Source of the DNA: Chloroflexota bacterium | GTDB taxonomy: Bacteria > Chloroflexota > UBA6077 > FW602-bin22 > JACPRP01 | Direction: 5' to 3' | Assembly (NCBI GenBank): GCA_023480885.1 | Contig: JAMCWX010000072.1 | Span: forward strand, 10,628-74,627 | Length of the DNA stretch: 64,000 bases | Shown: positions 36,814 through 46,310 of the stretch, in pieces | Position numbering within the stretch: position 1 is the first letter of the stretch | Layout of the letters: the number at the start of each line of letters is the position of its first letter | Notes under the pieces: model-generated | Database searches by the model: none | Told to the model about the DNA's origin: nothing | The model's input: only the letters and a program-made list of their open reading frames with translations | Program-made: the position numbers and the translations under genes

Positions 36814-38193
36814 ATGGTTACTCGGAGGACTCCTTGGTTTCTGTCGATTGGCGTTTGCCTTGCCCTGGTGATGGGGATCGTCGGTTGCGCGCCGGCGGCT
36901 GCTCCCCCAACCGCCACGCCGAAGGCTGCTGCGCCCACTGCCCCGACAGCAGCACCCGCTTCCCCAGCGCCTGCGACCAGTGTCCCCTCAGGCCAGGCGC
37001 CCTCGCAACCTGTCGCTGGCACCAAGAAAATCGTCATCGGTTTCACCACGTCCGCGACTGGATCCATGAATCTGCCATCGAAGAAGCAGATCGAGGGGCT
37101 GCGGTTGTGGCTCGACAACGTCACCAAGGCGGGTGGCATCAAGCTGAAAGACGGCACGGTGCTAATGCCGGAGATCAAGTACTACGACGACGAGAGCAAG
37201 ACCGACCGGGTACAGGCCCTGTATACGAAGCTTATCAACGAAGACAAGGTTGATTTCCTTATCAGCCCCTACAGCAGCGGCCTGGCGCGAGCGGCTGCGG
37301 TCGTGTCGGAGCAGAACGGCAAGGTCATGATCACCACTGGCGCCGCCGACGATTCGACTATGGAGCAGGGCTTCAAGAACATCTATCAAATGTACACTCC
37401 TGGCAGTCGCTACCTCATCGGCGCCATAGACATGTTTAAGGAACTCGATCCAACAGCTAAGAAAATCGCGATCGTATACGAGAAGGACTCGTTCTCGACC
37501 GCCGTGGCGAAAGCGGCTGAGCCATACGCAAAATCTAAAGGCTACGAAGTGACTGTGTACGATGGTTACGACAGCGGTACCACGGATTTCGCGCCCTTCA
37601 TCAATAAGATCATCGCCACATCTCCCGACGCCATTCTAGGTGGAGGGCACTTCCAGGACGGCACTACCTTCGCCAAACAACTCTACGAGAAGAAGATCCA
37701 GACTAAGTTCGTAGCCCTCCTGGTGGCTCCGCCCGAGCCGACCTTTAGCGAAATCGGAGACGCTGCCCAGTATATTGTGGGTCCCAGCCAGTGGGAGCCA
37801 GACGCGACCTACAGTCCCGATTCCGCCAAGAAAGCCAATCTGCCCTGGTATGGTATTACCGTCAAGGATTTCGTAGACGGGTATAAGGCCAAGTTCAACA
37901 GCATGCCTTCTTATCACTCTGCCGGCGGATACGCCGCGGCCCTGATGCTACAAAAGGCCATCGAGGACAGCGATAGTGTCGATCGGGCGAAAGTAGTGGC
38001 GGCGCTCGACAAGTTGAACCTTATGACCTTCTACGGACACGTCCAGTTCGGCACGGACGCCAAGACCCATGGCAAGCAAGTGGCTCACGATATGATCTAC
38101 ATTCAATGGCAAAAGGATTCGGCGGGCAAGCTGGGTACGAAGATCGTGTGGCCACCGGCTGCACAATCGGCAAGCCCTCAGCTTCGCAAGTAG
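36814..38193 (+). CDS. Liv-type ABC substrate-binding lipoprotein
   Basis: Lipobox IVG-C, AP-rich linker, YYDDES, SPYSS. Confidence 0.9.
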   Translation: MVTRRTPWFLSIGVCLALVMGIVGCAPAAAPPTATPKAAAPTAPTAAPASPAPATSVPSGQAPSQPVAGTKKIVIGFTTSATGSMNLPSKKQIEGLRLWLDNVTKAGGIKLKDGTVLMPEIKYYDDESKTDRVQALYTKLINEDKVDFLISPYSSGLARAAAVVSEQNGKVMITTGAADDSTMEQGFKNIYQMYTPGSRYLIGAIDMFKELDPTAKKIAIVYEKDSFSTAVAKAAEPYAKSKGYEVTVYDGYDSGTTDFAPFINKIIATSPDAILGGGHFQDGTTFAKQLYEKKIQTKFVALLVAPPEPTFSEIGDAAQYIVGPSQWEPDATYSPDSAKKANLPWYGITVKDFVDGYKAKFNSMPSYHSAGGYAAALMLQKAIEDSDSVDRAKVVAALDKLNLMTFYGHVQFGTDAKTHGKQVAHDMIYIQWQKDSAGKLGTKIVWPPAAQSASPQLRK

Positions 38194-38268
38194 GGGCTTG
38201 AAGAATCCAGCCTGGGGCCATCTAGTTGCCATAGAAACCGGTGTAGACGCAGCCTTGAAGTTGCAGAG

Positions 38269-39141
38269 GTGGCGGCAGTGAATATCGATGCCTTATCCGC
38301 GTCTGCCGTTGATGGACTGATGATCGGGTTCATCTACGGCCTGGCGGCAATGGGCCTGACTCTGATTTTTGGCGTGATGCGGGTGATAAACCTGGCCCAC
38401 GGTCCGGTCATTGCTGTTGGGATGTTCGCCGTGCTGCTCCTGGGCCAGAACCTGGGGCTAAATCCCTATATAGCGTTGCCAATCGTTTTGCTTCTTGGTC
38501 TGGCCTCGGGGATCGCAATGTATTTCATTGCCGTCCACCGCGTGATCAACGCCCCTGAGTTGACGACTCTTCTGGCGACATTCTCGGTCAACTTGATGAT
38601 CGTCGGCATCGGGACGGTGCTGTTCACGACTAGCCCCCGCGCCCTGAGTGTGGACCTGGGCAGCGTTCAGGCGGGGGCGGTTACAGTACTCGGCACAAAG
38701 GCGGTGGCGGTCTTGATCGCGATAGTCGCCACCGCTGGCCTCTACTATTTCCTCTACCGCACCCGTGCGGGGAAATCCATTCGCGCCGTCGCAAACAATC
38801 GTTCCGCCGCCGAGCTAATGGGGATCGATTCCACCTGGGTCCTCGCCTTGAGCTTTGGGATCGGCATCGCGCTGGCTATGGGCTCCGGGTCGCTGCTGGC
38901 AACTATGTTCTCGTTCACCATACTCTCGGGCACGGTTTATGAGGTGAAGAGCTTCATCATCGTGGTCCTTGGCGGGTTGGGGAATCCTTTTGGAGCGTTG
39001 CTGGGAGGGATTGTAATCGGATTGCTGGAAGGCATAGCGACGATCTCCCCTTTGCCTGTTGGTTGGGTCCCAGTCATCGAGTTTGGCGTCTTTGTCCTGA
39101 TACTGCTGGTCCGTCCGACGGGCCTGTTTGGAGCTCGCTGA
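38269..39141 (+). CDS. LivH-like ABC permease
   Basis: GLTLIFGVMRVINLAHG, GKSIRAVA, VLGGLG, VRPTGLFG. Confidence 0.92.
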   Translation: MAAVNIDALSASAVDGLMIGFIYGLAAMGLTLIFGVMRVINLAHGPVIAVGMFAVLLLGQNLGLNPYIALPIVLLLGLASGIAMYFIAVHRVINAPELTTLLATFSVNLMIVGIGTVLFTTSPRALSVDLGSVQAGAVTVLGTKAVAVLIAIVATAGLYYFLYRTRAGKSIRAVANNRSAAELMGIDSTWVLALSFGIGIALAMGSGSLLATMFSFTILSGTVYEVKSFIIVVLGGLGNPFGALLGGIVIGLLEGIATISPLPVGWVPVIEFGVFVLILLVRPTGLFGAR

Positions 39142-39142
39142 T

Positions 39143-40111
39143 ATGAGCGCACTTCGTGCCCCTTTCTTCTGGGTCCTCCTGGTCGTCGTCGGCGGCGTTG
39201 GTCTTCTCCCCATTCTAACCGGCTCGGATGGGACGCGGGAAGACGTCTTTCTCGTCCTAATGCTGGTGATCCTGGCGTCAAGCATCAACATCATCATGGG
39301 CTACACCGGATACGTTAGCTTCGGACACATCGTTTTCTTCGGCTTGGGAGGCTACGTTGCCTTCTATCTGATGCTGAACCACCAGGTTCACTTCGTCGCC
39401 GCCGCCCTGGTCGGCGGCATCGTCTCCAGTCTAATCGCTTTCCTGCTGGGAATACCTGTGCTTCGGCTGCGCGGCGCTTACTTTGCCCTGGCGACGATCG
39501 GCATTAATGAAGTCGTGCGCTCCTTCGTCACCAACTTCGATCCCTTCGGCGGCGCCACTGGCATGTTCTTCAACTACCAGGTCTACGATAGCTATGGCGG
39601 GGCTAAGAATGCGCTATGGTTCGCCTATGATGCTATCCTCATCGTCGCCCTCTTATGCACCATTACCAGCTTGTTAATCAAGAAATCCAAGTTTGGCCTT
39701 GGCCTGTTGGCTATACGCGAAGACCAGGATGCGTCGCAGGTCCTTGGGATCGATCCGTCGCGCTCCAAGGTAGTTGTCTATACCATCTCCGCCTTCTTCC
39801 CTGGGCTCGCGGGCGCCATCTTTTTCTTCAAGAACGGCATTATCGAGCCTGGGCCCGCGTTCGATTTGCTTCGCTCCATCGAGGCGCTCGTAATGGTCAT
39901 GCTGGGCGGTTATGGCACCGTCGCCGGACCGATTGTCGGGGCGGCAGTTTACGAACAGCTGAGGGCTTTTCTCATAACCAATCCTACGTTTAGCAGCCTG
40001 CATCTCTTCGTCGCGGGCTTCTTGTTGCTGCTCATCGTTCTCTTCGTCACCAATGGCCTTGTCGGCTGGCTGCGGCAAAGGACGCCGCAACTGCGGAGGT
40101 ATTTGGAGTGA
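39143..40111 (+). CDS. LivM-like ABC permease
   Basis: GYTGYVSFGH, LRLRGAYFALAT, AIREDQ, LGGYGT. Confidence 0.92.
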   Translation: MSALRAPFFWVLLVVVGGVGLLPILTGSDGTREDVFLVLMLVILASSINIIMGYTGYVSFGHIVFFGLGGYVAFYLMLNHQVHFVAAALVGGIVSSLIAFLLGIPVLRLRGAYFALATIGINEVVRSFVTNFDPFGGATGMFFNYQVYDSYGGAKNALWFAYDAILIVALLCTITSLLIKKSKFGLGLLAIREDQDASQVLGIDPSRSKVVVYTISAFFPGLAGAIFFFKNGIIEPGPAFDLLRSIEALVMVMLGGYGTVAGPIVGAAVYEQLRAFLITNPTFSSLHLFVAGFLLLLIVLFVTNGLVGWLRQRTPQLRRYLE

Positions 40112-40857
40112 TACTCCAGGTTCAGAACGTCTCCAAACGATTTGGGGGGCTGGTTGCCCTGGACAGTGTTTCTCTTGAGGTGCAAGAGGGCGAGATCCTC
40201 GGCGTTATCGGACCGAACGGAGCGGGCAAGACGACCCTGTTCAATGTGATTAACGGCGTGTACGCGCCGCAAGAGGGACTGATCCTCTTTCGGGGTGAGA
40301 ACATCACGGGGCTTCCCCCCTTCAAGGTTGCGCGGCGTGGCATCGCGCGCACTCATCAGATCGTGCGTCCTTTGGGCGAGCTTTCGGTGAAGGAGAACGT
40401 GACCGTGGGCGCGTGCTTTGGACGCGAGAACCTGTCGCTGAAGGCAGCCGCTCGCGTGGCTGACGAGGTGTTGGCGTTCGTCGGGCTGGCAGCCAAAACC
40501 GACCTGCTCGCCGGTAAGCTCAACGTGGCCGAAAAGAAGAGGCTCGAGCTAGCCCGCGCCCTGGCCATGCGGCCGGCATTGCTCCTCCTCGACGAAGTGC
40601 TCGCCGGGCTGAACCCGAACGAGGTCTCGGAAATGATATCTTCGATTCGCCGGATTCGCGATCAGGGGGTGAGCATCATCATGATCGAGCACTTGATGCA
40701 CGCGGTGATGAAGTTGTCGGATCGAGTCTTCGTGTTGGATCACGGCGCTCAGATTGCCGAAGGCACGCCGGAAGTCGTTTCGAGCCATCCCAAGGTCGTC
40801 GAAGCGTATTTGGGTGATCCCCAAGCGGCCCTGCGTTTGCTGGAGGGATCGGCATGA
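40108..40857 (+). CDS. LivG-like ABC ATP-binding protein
   Basis: GPNGAGKT, LELARAL, LLLDE, IEH, VEAYLG. Confidence 0.93.
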   Translation: MILQVQNVSKRFGGLVALDSVSLEVQEGEILGVIGPNGAGKTTLFNVINGVYAPQEGLILFRGENITGLPPFKVARRGIARTHQIVRPLGELSVKENVTVGACFGRENLSLKAAARVADEVLAFVGLAAKTDLLAGKLNVAEKKRLELARALAMRPALLLLDEVLAGLNPNEVSEMISSIRRIRDQGVSIIMIEHLMHAVMKLSDRVFVLDHGAQIAEGTPEVVSSHPKVVEAYLGDPQAALRLLEGSA

Positions 40858-41564
40858 TCGCGCTGGATGTGAAAGGGATCGAGTCTGGCTACGGAGAGGT
40901 ACAGATCCTGTGGGGAGTCTCGCTGGGGTTGGAAGAGGGACGCCTGACCACGATCGTGGGCTCTAATGGCAGCGGCAAGACCACGCTGCTGCGCACCGTT
41001 ATGGGACTTATTCCTACCTGGAAGGGCAGCGTTACATTCGATGGCAGTGACATAACGCGTCTTTCCCCTCACAAGAAGGCCCAGATGGGCCTCGTGCTTA
41101 TCCCTGAAGCGCGTCAGTTATTCACGGACATGACCGTGCTGGAGAACCTGGAGATGGGGGCAACGCCCGCCCGTGCCCGTGGCGATTACCGGCAGACCTT
41201 GGACTGGGTATTTGACCTTCTTCCGCGATTGGCAGAGCGAAGGAATCAGATCGCCGGCACACTCAGCGGCGGCGAACAGCAGATGCTGGCCATCGCCAGG
41301 GGCTTGATGAGCAAGCCAAAGGCGTTGATGTTCGATGAGCCATCTCTGGGCCTATCGCCGGTGATGGTGACGAACCTGTTTGAAGTTATCCTCAAGCTGA
41401 AGCAGCAAGAAATCACCATGCTTCTGGTCGAGCAGAACGTGCAGCTTGCGCTGGCCGTGAGCGACTATGCCTACGTGCTGAGCAACGGGCGCATAGAGTT
41501 CGAGGGCGAAGCCAGGCAGGTGCGCGAGATGGAGGCTGTGCGTAGAACGTACCTGGGGTTATAA
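40854..41564 (+). CDS. LivF-like ABC ATP-binding protein
   Basis: GSNGSGKT, LSGGEQQM, DEPSLGL, LLVEQN. Confidence 0.93.
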   Translation: MIALDVKGIESGYGEVQILWGVSLGLEEGRLTTIVGSNGSGKTTLLRTVMGLIPTWKGSVTFDGSDITRLSPHKKAQMGLVLIPEARQLFTDMTVLENLEMGATPARARGDYRQTLDWVFDLLPRLAERRNQIAGTLSGGEQQMLAIARGLMSKPKALMFDEPSLGLSPVMVTNLFEVILKLKQQEITMLLVEQNVQLALAVSDYAYVLSNGRIEFEGEARQVREMEAVRRTYLGL

Positions 41565-41596
41565 GCCGTCGATCCCTGACGACACAGTCGTGACGC

Positions 41597-41633
41597 TTGA
41601 CAATGCGTAGTACCTTTGCTAGTATAGTACTAC
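41597..41633 (+). promoter_or_regulatory. TA promoter with overlapping palindromic operator
   Basis: TTGACA, 17 bp spacer, TAGTAT; GTAGTAC (41607-13) / GTACTAC (41627-33). Confidence 0.75.
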
Positions 41634-41671
41634 ATGAACTGGCTTAGTAGTACTAATAGAGGTAATGTACT

Positions 41672-41971
41672 ATGAAGGAATTCTTCATAGTGATGACACG
41701 TAAAGGACAAATTACCGTTCCGGCGGAAATCCGCAGAACTTTGAAGTTGAAACAGGGCGATAAGATTGGGCTGTCGGTTAGGAGAACTGACAAAGACAAG
41801 ATCCAAGTGACATTGAGGCCTGTGCAATCGGTCGCTGAGATGACCTTTGGCTCGGTGGCGCCCCGCAAGCGTCCTGAGGACTTTGACGAGCTCAGACGGA
41901 TGTTTGAAGAAAGCGTAGCCGAGGAGGCAGTGATGGAGGACGCGGCCCCCAGGGCCGCAGATGAAGACTAG
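41672..41971 (+). CDS. AbrB/MazE/SpoVT-family antitoxin
   Basis: MTRKGQITVPAEIRRTLKLKQGD; directly upstream of a PIN gene. Confidence 0.88.
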   Translation: MKEFFIVMTRKGQITVPAEIRRTLKLKQGDKIGLSVRRTDKDKIQVTLRPVQSVAEMTFGSVAPRKRPEDFDELRRMFEESVAEEAVMEDAAPRAADED

Positions 41972-41973
41972 CT

Positions 41974-42387
41974 GTGGTCAATCGATTTCTGGACACTAAC
42001 GTGATCCTTCGCCATCTCCTGAACGACGATCCTGCCAGGTCTCCCGCGTGTTTTGCCCTGATGCTGGCGATTGAGCAAGGTAAAGTCGAAGCTTGGACCT
42101 CGCATCTGGTGATCGCTGAAGCTGTCTTTGTCCTCTCCAACAAGAAGACCTACAATCTGAGCCGCGAGGAGGTCCGGGATCTTCTGCTGCCATTAATAGG
42201 CCTGCCTGGCCTTAGAATCGAAAGGAAGCGGCTCTTCAACCGCGTGTTCGAGATTTACACGAGCCTTCCCCTTGACTACATTGACTGCTACCATGCGGCC
42301 CTGATCGAGCAGCACCAGAAATCCGAGATAATAAGCTACAATCTCCACTTTGACAAGATTCCCAGTGTCCGCCGAATTGAGCCGTAA
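41974..42387 (+). CDS. PIN-domain (VapC-like) toxin
   Basis: FLDTNVI, IAE, DYIDC, SYNLHFD. Confidence 0.88.
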   Translation: MVNRFLDTNVILRHLLNDDPARSPACFALMLAIEQGKVEAWTSHLVIAEAVFVLSNKKTYNLSREEVRDLLLPLIGLPGLRIERKRLFNRVFEIYTSLPLDYIDCYHAALIEQHQKSEIISYNLHFDKIPSVRRIEP

Positions 42388-42573
42388 CCAGGCGCTGGCC
42401 CGCCGACGATACCATCTCACCGCGTGCTTTCACGCTGGCACCAGAGGCGCAGTTTTCAAGGTTATTGCGAACGGGCCCGTCTGCTATCCGATATGTCTGA
42501 ACGTGAAAATCGATGCGCCGTTTCGTTGGCGTTTCAAATCCCATCGGGAGAGCCTTCTCGCTGGGGAATCAGG

Positions 42574-42602
42574 TTGACTTAGCTAAGCGCCTTAGCTAGA
42601 AT
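42574..42602 (+). promoter_or_regulatory. TA promoter with two TTAGCTA(A/G) operator boxes
   Basis: TTGACT, 17 bp spacer, TAGAAT; TTAGCTAA at 42579-86 and TTAGCTAG at 42592-99. Confidence 0.75.
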
Positions 42603-42620
42603 TCTGTCAGGAGGTGCGAA

Positions 42621-42848
42621 ATGGCAACACGAGTCAACATGCACCAGGCCAAGACTGACTTGTCACGACTCGTAGCCGAGGCGCTGCACGGCGAAGATGT
42701 CGTCATAATGCGATCTGGCAAGCCAGTCGCGAGGCTGGTGCCTATCTATGACGAGCGCGTGCCTGGCCTTGCCCACGGTCGTGTCCATATCGGCGATGAT
42801 TTCGATTCCCCGCTGCCGAATGACATCCTCGGCACCTTCGAGGAATAA
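42621..42848 (+). CDS. Phd/YefM-family antitoxin
   Basis: VNMHQAKTDLSRLV...GKPVARLVP...DDFDSPLP. Confidence 0.9.
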   Translation: MATRVNMHQAKTDLSRLVAEALHGEDVVIMRSGKPVARLVPIYDERVPGLAHGRVHIGDDFDSPLPNDILGTFEE

Positions 42849-43008
42849 CCGTTCCGAAGTGAACACGCCCTGCACGTGTCAACATTGCCCCTGCTCCACC
42901 GCGACCCCTTTCGATCGACTTCTCGTTGTTCAGGCATTGACTGAGAAGATGGCGCTACTGACTGACGACCAGGCAATTGCCGGGTACGACGTGGAAGTGG
43001 TTTGGTAA
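42849..43008 (+). pseudogene. VapC/PIN toxin remnant (N-terminal part lost, +1 frameshift)
   Basis: EHALHVSTLPLLHRDP, frameshift, then FDRLLVVQALTE..LLTDD..YDVEVVW*. Confidence 0.85.
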
Positions 43009-43040
43009 CGACAGCCCGGATCAAGCCAGGGCTGCACGCT

Positions 43041-44408
43041 TCAAGGCAAATCGTAGGCGTACAGATTGAGGTTATCCATAATCCGTATCAGCTTGTCGGC
43101 GTAAGTCGGGTCGGTGGCCCAGCCAGCGGCCTGAAGGCGACGAGCGAACTCTTTGGGGTCCTTGGTCTCGAAACAGCGGCGATAGCGATCGCTTCCCTTG
43201 ATATATCGGCTGCTATCGTCGAACGACTCCGCCATTGTGTTGTAGGCTCGGAAGGCTGCGTTGATCCTGCTCCATCGGCCGTTCACGAACTCCGGCGTAT
43301 TAATCCACGTGATGCCCGCTGTACCGGGACCTCGGTGAGCCTTGATGCCGAAGTAGTTCTTGCCCTTGATAGCTAATTCGCTGGTGCCCCAGCCCGTTTC
43401 GAGAATCGCCTGCGCAAGCTTCAAGGAAGCAGGCACGCCATAAGCGCGCTGCGAGGCCTGGGCCAGGGGGACAGCTGCGGCCAAAAACTGAGTCTTGTCC
43501 GCTTCAGTGGGAGGCCGGCCCCCTCGATTCGATAGAGTGGCGCGCTCCGACTCGAAGGCGCTGGTGAGATCGCTGTTGGGAAGGTCGCTCGGCCTGGCGA
43601 TCCAGCCTGGCTTGGTGGGGTCGTACTGTTTGTACAGAGGACTGTTCCTGGCCTGGGACTCGAGGTCAGACGGCAAGTTGGCGCCGATCATAATGGCCTT
43701 GAGGTAGTCGGCTAGAAGCAGACCCTGCGTTGTGCCACTCGTCTTGTCGTAATGCATAATCCCGCGCTGGAATCGCTGATAGACGAAGTTGTGGTTGCCC
43801 GGGTCGAAGGTCGGAGCGCTGGTCGGGACTCCCCACAACTCTAGATCGAAGCCCGGCAACAAAGCTGGATTGCCATTGCCGTCACGGAATGCATCCCTGG
43901 CGGTGACGGTATTCAAGAAAGTGCGGTAGAAGCCCACCGGGATGGACTGCCACGAGTCGGGCGCAGTAGCTTTGACGTAGGACAGGATGGCACTGTCATA
44001 TCCTGGTGAACCCGCCGCCGGAGCCCTGGCCAATACCGCTGGATCGGCAGCGGGGAAAACCGATTGATTGATCTGGGCGTAAGACATCAACCCGGCGTCA
44101 AGGAAATTCAGGGTCGCCACCGAGCCGTCCTGGCGGAGCTGCATAATCGCTCGCTGGAAGAATTGCACCCTGAAGCCGTATAGAGTGAACTCGTTAGAGA
44201 CAGGGTAGCCGAACGTGCGCAGTCCGCCGCGATGATCGAAGAAGTCGAGGAAGGCGGCGTTCCGAATCCGGAAGCCCGTCTCCGGGTAGTAGCGAGCTTC
44301 TGCGGCGTGCGACGTCTTCGTGTCAATTGGCGAGAGAGTCAGCGACAGCAGAATACCAACCAGTAGGCTGATGCAGCCGATTCTTCGTAGTAGACCCATT
44401 CTCATCAT
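43041..44408 (-). CDS. Secreted protein: Chloroflexota-type surface domain plus GH73 glucosaminidase/muramidase
   Basis: Signal peptide, YYPETGF...FGYPVS...QFFQR; AQAILETGWG, NYFGIK, WATDPTY. Confidence 0.85.
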   Translation of the reverse strand: MMRMGLLRRIGCISLLVGILLSLTLSPIDTKTSHAAEARYYPETGFRIRNAAFLDFFDHRGGLRTFGYPVSNEFTLYGFRVQFFQRAIMQLRQDGSVATLNFLDAGLMSYAQINQSVFPAADPAVLARAPAAGSPGYDSAILSYVKATAPDSWQSIPVGFYRTFLNTVTARDAFRDGNGNPALLPGFDLELWGVPTSAPTFDPGNHNFVYQRFQRGIMHYDKTSGTTQGLLLADYLKAIMIGANLPSDLESQARNSPLYKQYDPTKPGWIARPSDLPNSDLTSAFESERATLSNRGGRPPTEADKTQFLAAAVPLAQASQRAYGVPASLKLAQAILETGWGTSELAIKGKNYFGIKAHRGPGTAGITWINTPEFVNGRWSRINAAFRAYNTMAESFDDSSRYIKGSDRYRRCFETKDPKEFARRLQAAGWATDPTYADKLIRIMDNLNLYAYDLP

Positions 44409-44515
44409 CCAAGTTTGTCTTCACGGCCTTAGTGTGCCGCCAGAGGTCCAGGCGCTCTACCGCAGAGTGATACTATCACAATACCTGCGATTAAGCAAGC
44501 AATCCGATTGAGACC

Positions 44516-44577
44516 TTGACGATTGTCGTGTTTGGAACTAGAATGTGACTAGAATAACGAATCTGGTCATCTAGTCA
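44516..44577 (+). promoter_or_regulatory. Promoter and probable TetR operator
   Basis: TTGACG, 17 bp spacer, TAGAAT; inverted repeat TGACTAGA (44546-53) / TCTAGTCA (44570-77). Confidence 0.7.
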
Positions 44578-44611
44578 TCCTGTCACAATCGGACGACAGC
44601 GAAAGGAATTT

Positions 44612-45364
44612 ATGCCAGACAGTCGACTGGGTAGCGGTGAGACGGAAGGGAGCAAAAGCTCGCCCTTGCAGCAGGGTGAGCGCCAGGCTTGGCCCGACAG
44701 CCGCCAGCAGCGCGAGGAGCACATTCTCGATGCGGCTGCCACACTGCTGATCCGCTGGGGCTATCGCAAGACTACCATCGATGACGTGGCCCGCGAGGCG
44801 GGCGTCGGCAAGGGCACCATCTATCTCCATTGGAGGGACAAGAACAGATCGGAAGAGCACACCATCTTTCGGGCGAGTCAGCACGCCACCGAAGACACGT
44901 TGCGGCGGCTTGCCGCCGATCCAGACGGAGGGCTATTTCACCGTCTTTGGTCGCACGGGATGCTCGCGATCCTCGCCGATCCGCTCTTGTCAGCCCTCAT
45001 ACAAGGCAAGCAAGAGATCTTTCAGGGTCTGATTGATGCGTTGCCTCCTGAGACCCTCAAGCAACTCATAGGCAATGCCGAAGAGCACATCGTCCAGTTG
45101 CAGGCCGCCGGACTGATTCGCGCCGATCTTCCGGTTCCCATCATCGCCTTTTTGATGGGCGCCTTGAAAATAGGGATCATCAGCACATCTGACGTTCTGG
45201 ACAAGGAACACGCGATATCGATGGAGCAACTGACGGAGGCGCTCAGTGACCTCATGCGCCGCTGGCTGGAGCCTGAACATCTCCCCAGTGATAGTGCGGT
45301 GGGGAAGCGCATTTTCGCCCAATGGTTGAAGACAACCAACGAAATAGAGAAACAACATCACTAG
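44612..45364 (+). CDS. TetR/AcrR-family transcriptional regulator
   Basis: ILDAA...GYRKTTIDDVAREAGVGKGTIYLHW. Confidence 0.92.
   Translation: MPDSRLGSGETEGSKSSPLQQGERQAWPDSRQQREEHILDAAATLLIRWGYRKTTIDDVAREAGVGKGTIYLHWRDKNRSEEHTIFRASQHATEDTLRRLAADPDGGLFHRLWSHGMLAILADPLLSALIQGKQEIFQGLIDALPPETLKQLIGNAEEHIVQLQAAGLIRADLPVPIIAFLMGALKIGIISTSDVLDKEHAISMEQLTEALSDLMRRWLEPEHLPSDSAVGKRIFAQWLKTTNEIEKQHH
44846..44862 (+). other. Illumina TruSeq adapter sequence embedded in the assembly
   Basis: Exact AGATCGGAAGAGCACAC, translated as RSEEHT. Confidence 0.9.
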
Positions 45365-45380
45365 AGGAGTGAGGTAGATC

Positions 45381-46310
45381 ATGGCGGCTATTATCGAGGT
45401 CGAAGGGCTGACCAAGAGCTACGGCAACAAGCGTGGGATTATCGACGTAGCTTTCCAGGTTGAGGAAGGCGAGGTGTTTGGCTTCCTCGGTCCCAATGGC
45501 GCCGGTAAAACGACCACGATCCGCGTTCTGATGGCGCTACTGCGCGCCGACGCGGGGCTCACGCGGATCGCCGGGTTGGATTGCTGGGAGCAATCGGTCG
45601 CCATCAAACGTCTGGCAGGATATCTGCCCGGCGAGCTGTCGTTGGATCCTGGCTTGACCGGAGGGCAGATTCTGGAATACTTTGGGCATCTGCGGGGAGG
45701 CGTCGATCAAGCTTATCTTAAGCAGCTCATCAAGCGGCTGGATCTTGACCCCAGCCGCAAATTCCGCCAGTATTCCAGTGGCAATAAGCGCAAGATCGGT
45801 ATCATTCAGGCGTTTATGCACCGCCCGCGCCTGCTGATTCTTGATGAGCCAACCAACGGCCTGGACCCGCTCAACCAGCAAGAGTTCGGCCGTCTGGTAA
45901 AGGAGGTGCGCGACGAAGGGGGCACGGTGTTTCTTTCCTCGCACATCTTGACTGAGATAGAGCAGACCTGCGGCCGTGTCGCTATTATCCGCGAGGGGCG
46001 CATGGTGCGCGTCGGCGGCGTGGCCGAGCTGAAGGACATCAAGCGCCACGAAGTTACCATCACCTTTGCCGATACCGTGCCAGCCAAGTCGTTCCAAGCG
46101 TTGGCTGGCGTGGAGCAAGTGGAAATGCTGTCTGGCGGACATACGTTGCGTCTGGCCGTGTCTGGTGGACTGGACGCGGTTGTCAAGGAAGCGGCACAGC
46201 ATCAGGTCGTTACCCTGACCAGTCACGAACCAAGTCTGGAAGACATCTTCCTGCGCTACTATGAGGGCGATGGCCTCGTCCCCAGGGAGGACGGCAATGT
46301 GGTTCACTAG
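45381..46310 (+). CDS. ABC-2 exporter ATP-binding protein
   Basis: GPNGAGKT, YSSGNKRK, LDEPTNGLDP, SSH. Confidence 0.93.
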   Translation: MAAIIEVEGLTKSYGNKRGIIDVAFQVEEGEVFGFLGPNGAGKTTTIRVLMALLRADAGLTRIAGLDCWEQSVAIKRLAGYLPGELSLDPGLTGGQILEYFGHLRGGVDQAYLKQLIKRLDLDPSRKFRQYSSGNKRKIGIIQAFMHRPRLLILDEPTNGLDPLNQQEFGRLVKEVRDEGGTVFLSSHILTEIEQTCGRVAIIREGRMVRVGGVAELKDIKRHEVTITFADTVPAKSFQALAGVEQVEMLSGGHTLRLAVSGGLDAVVKEAAQHQVVTLTSHEPSLEDIFLRYYEGDGLVPREDGNVVH

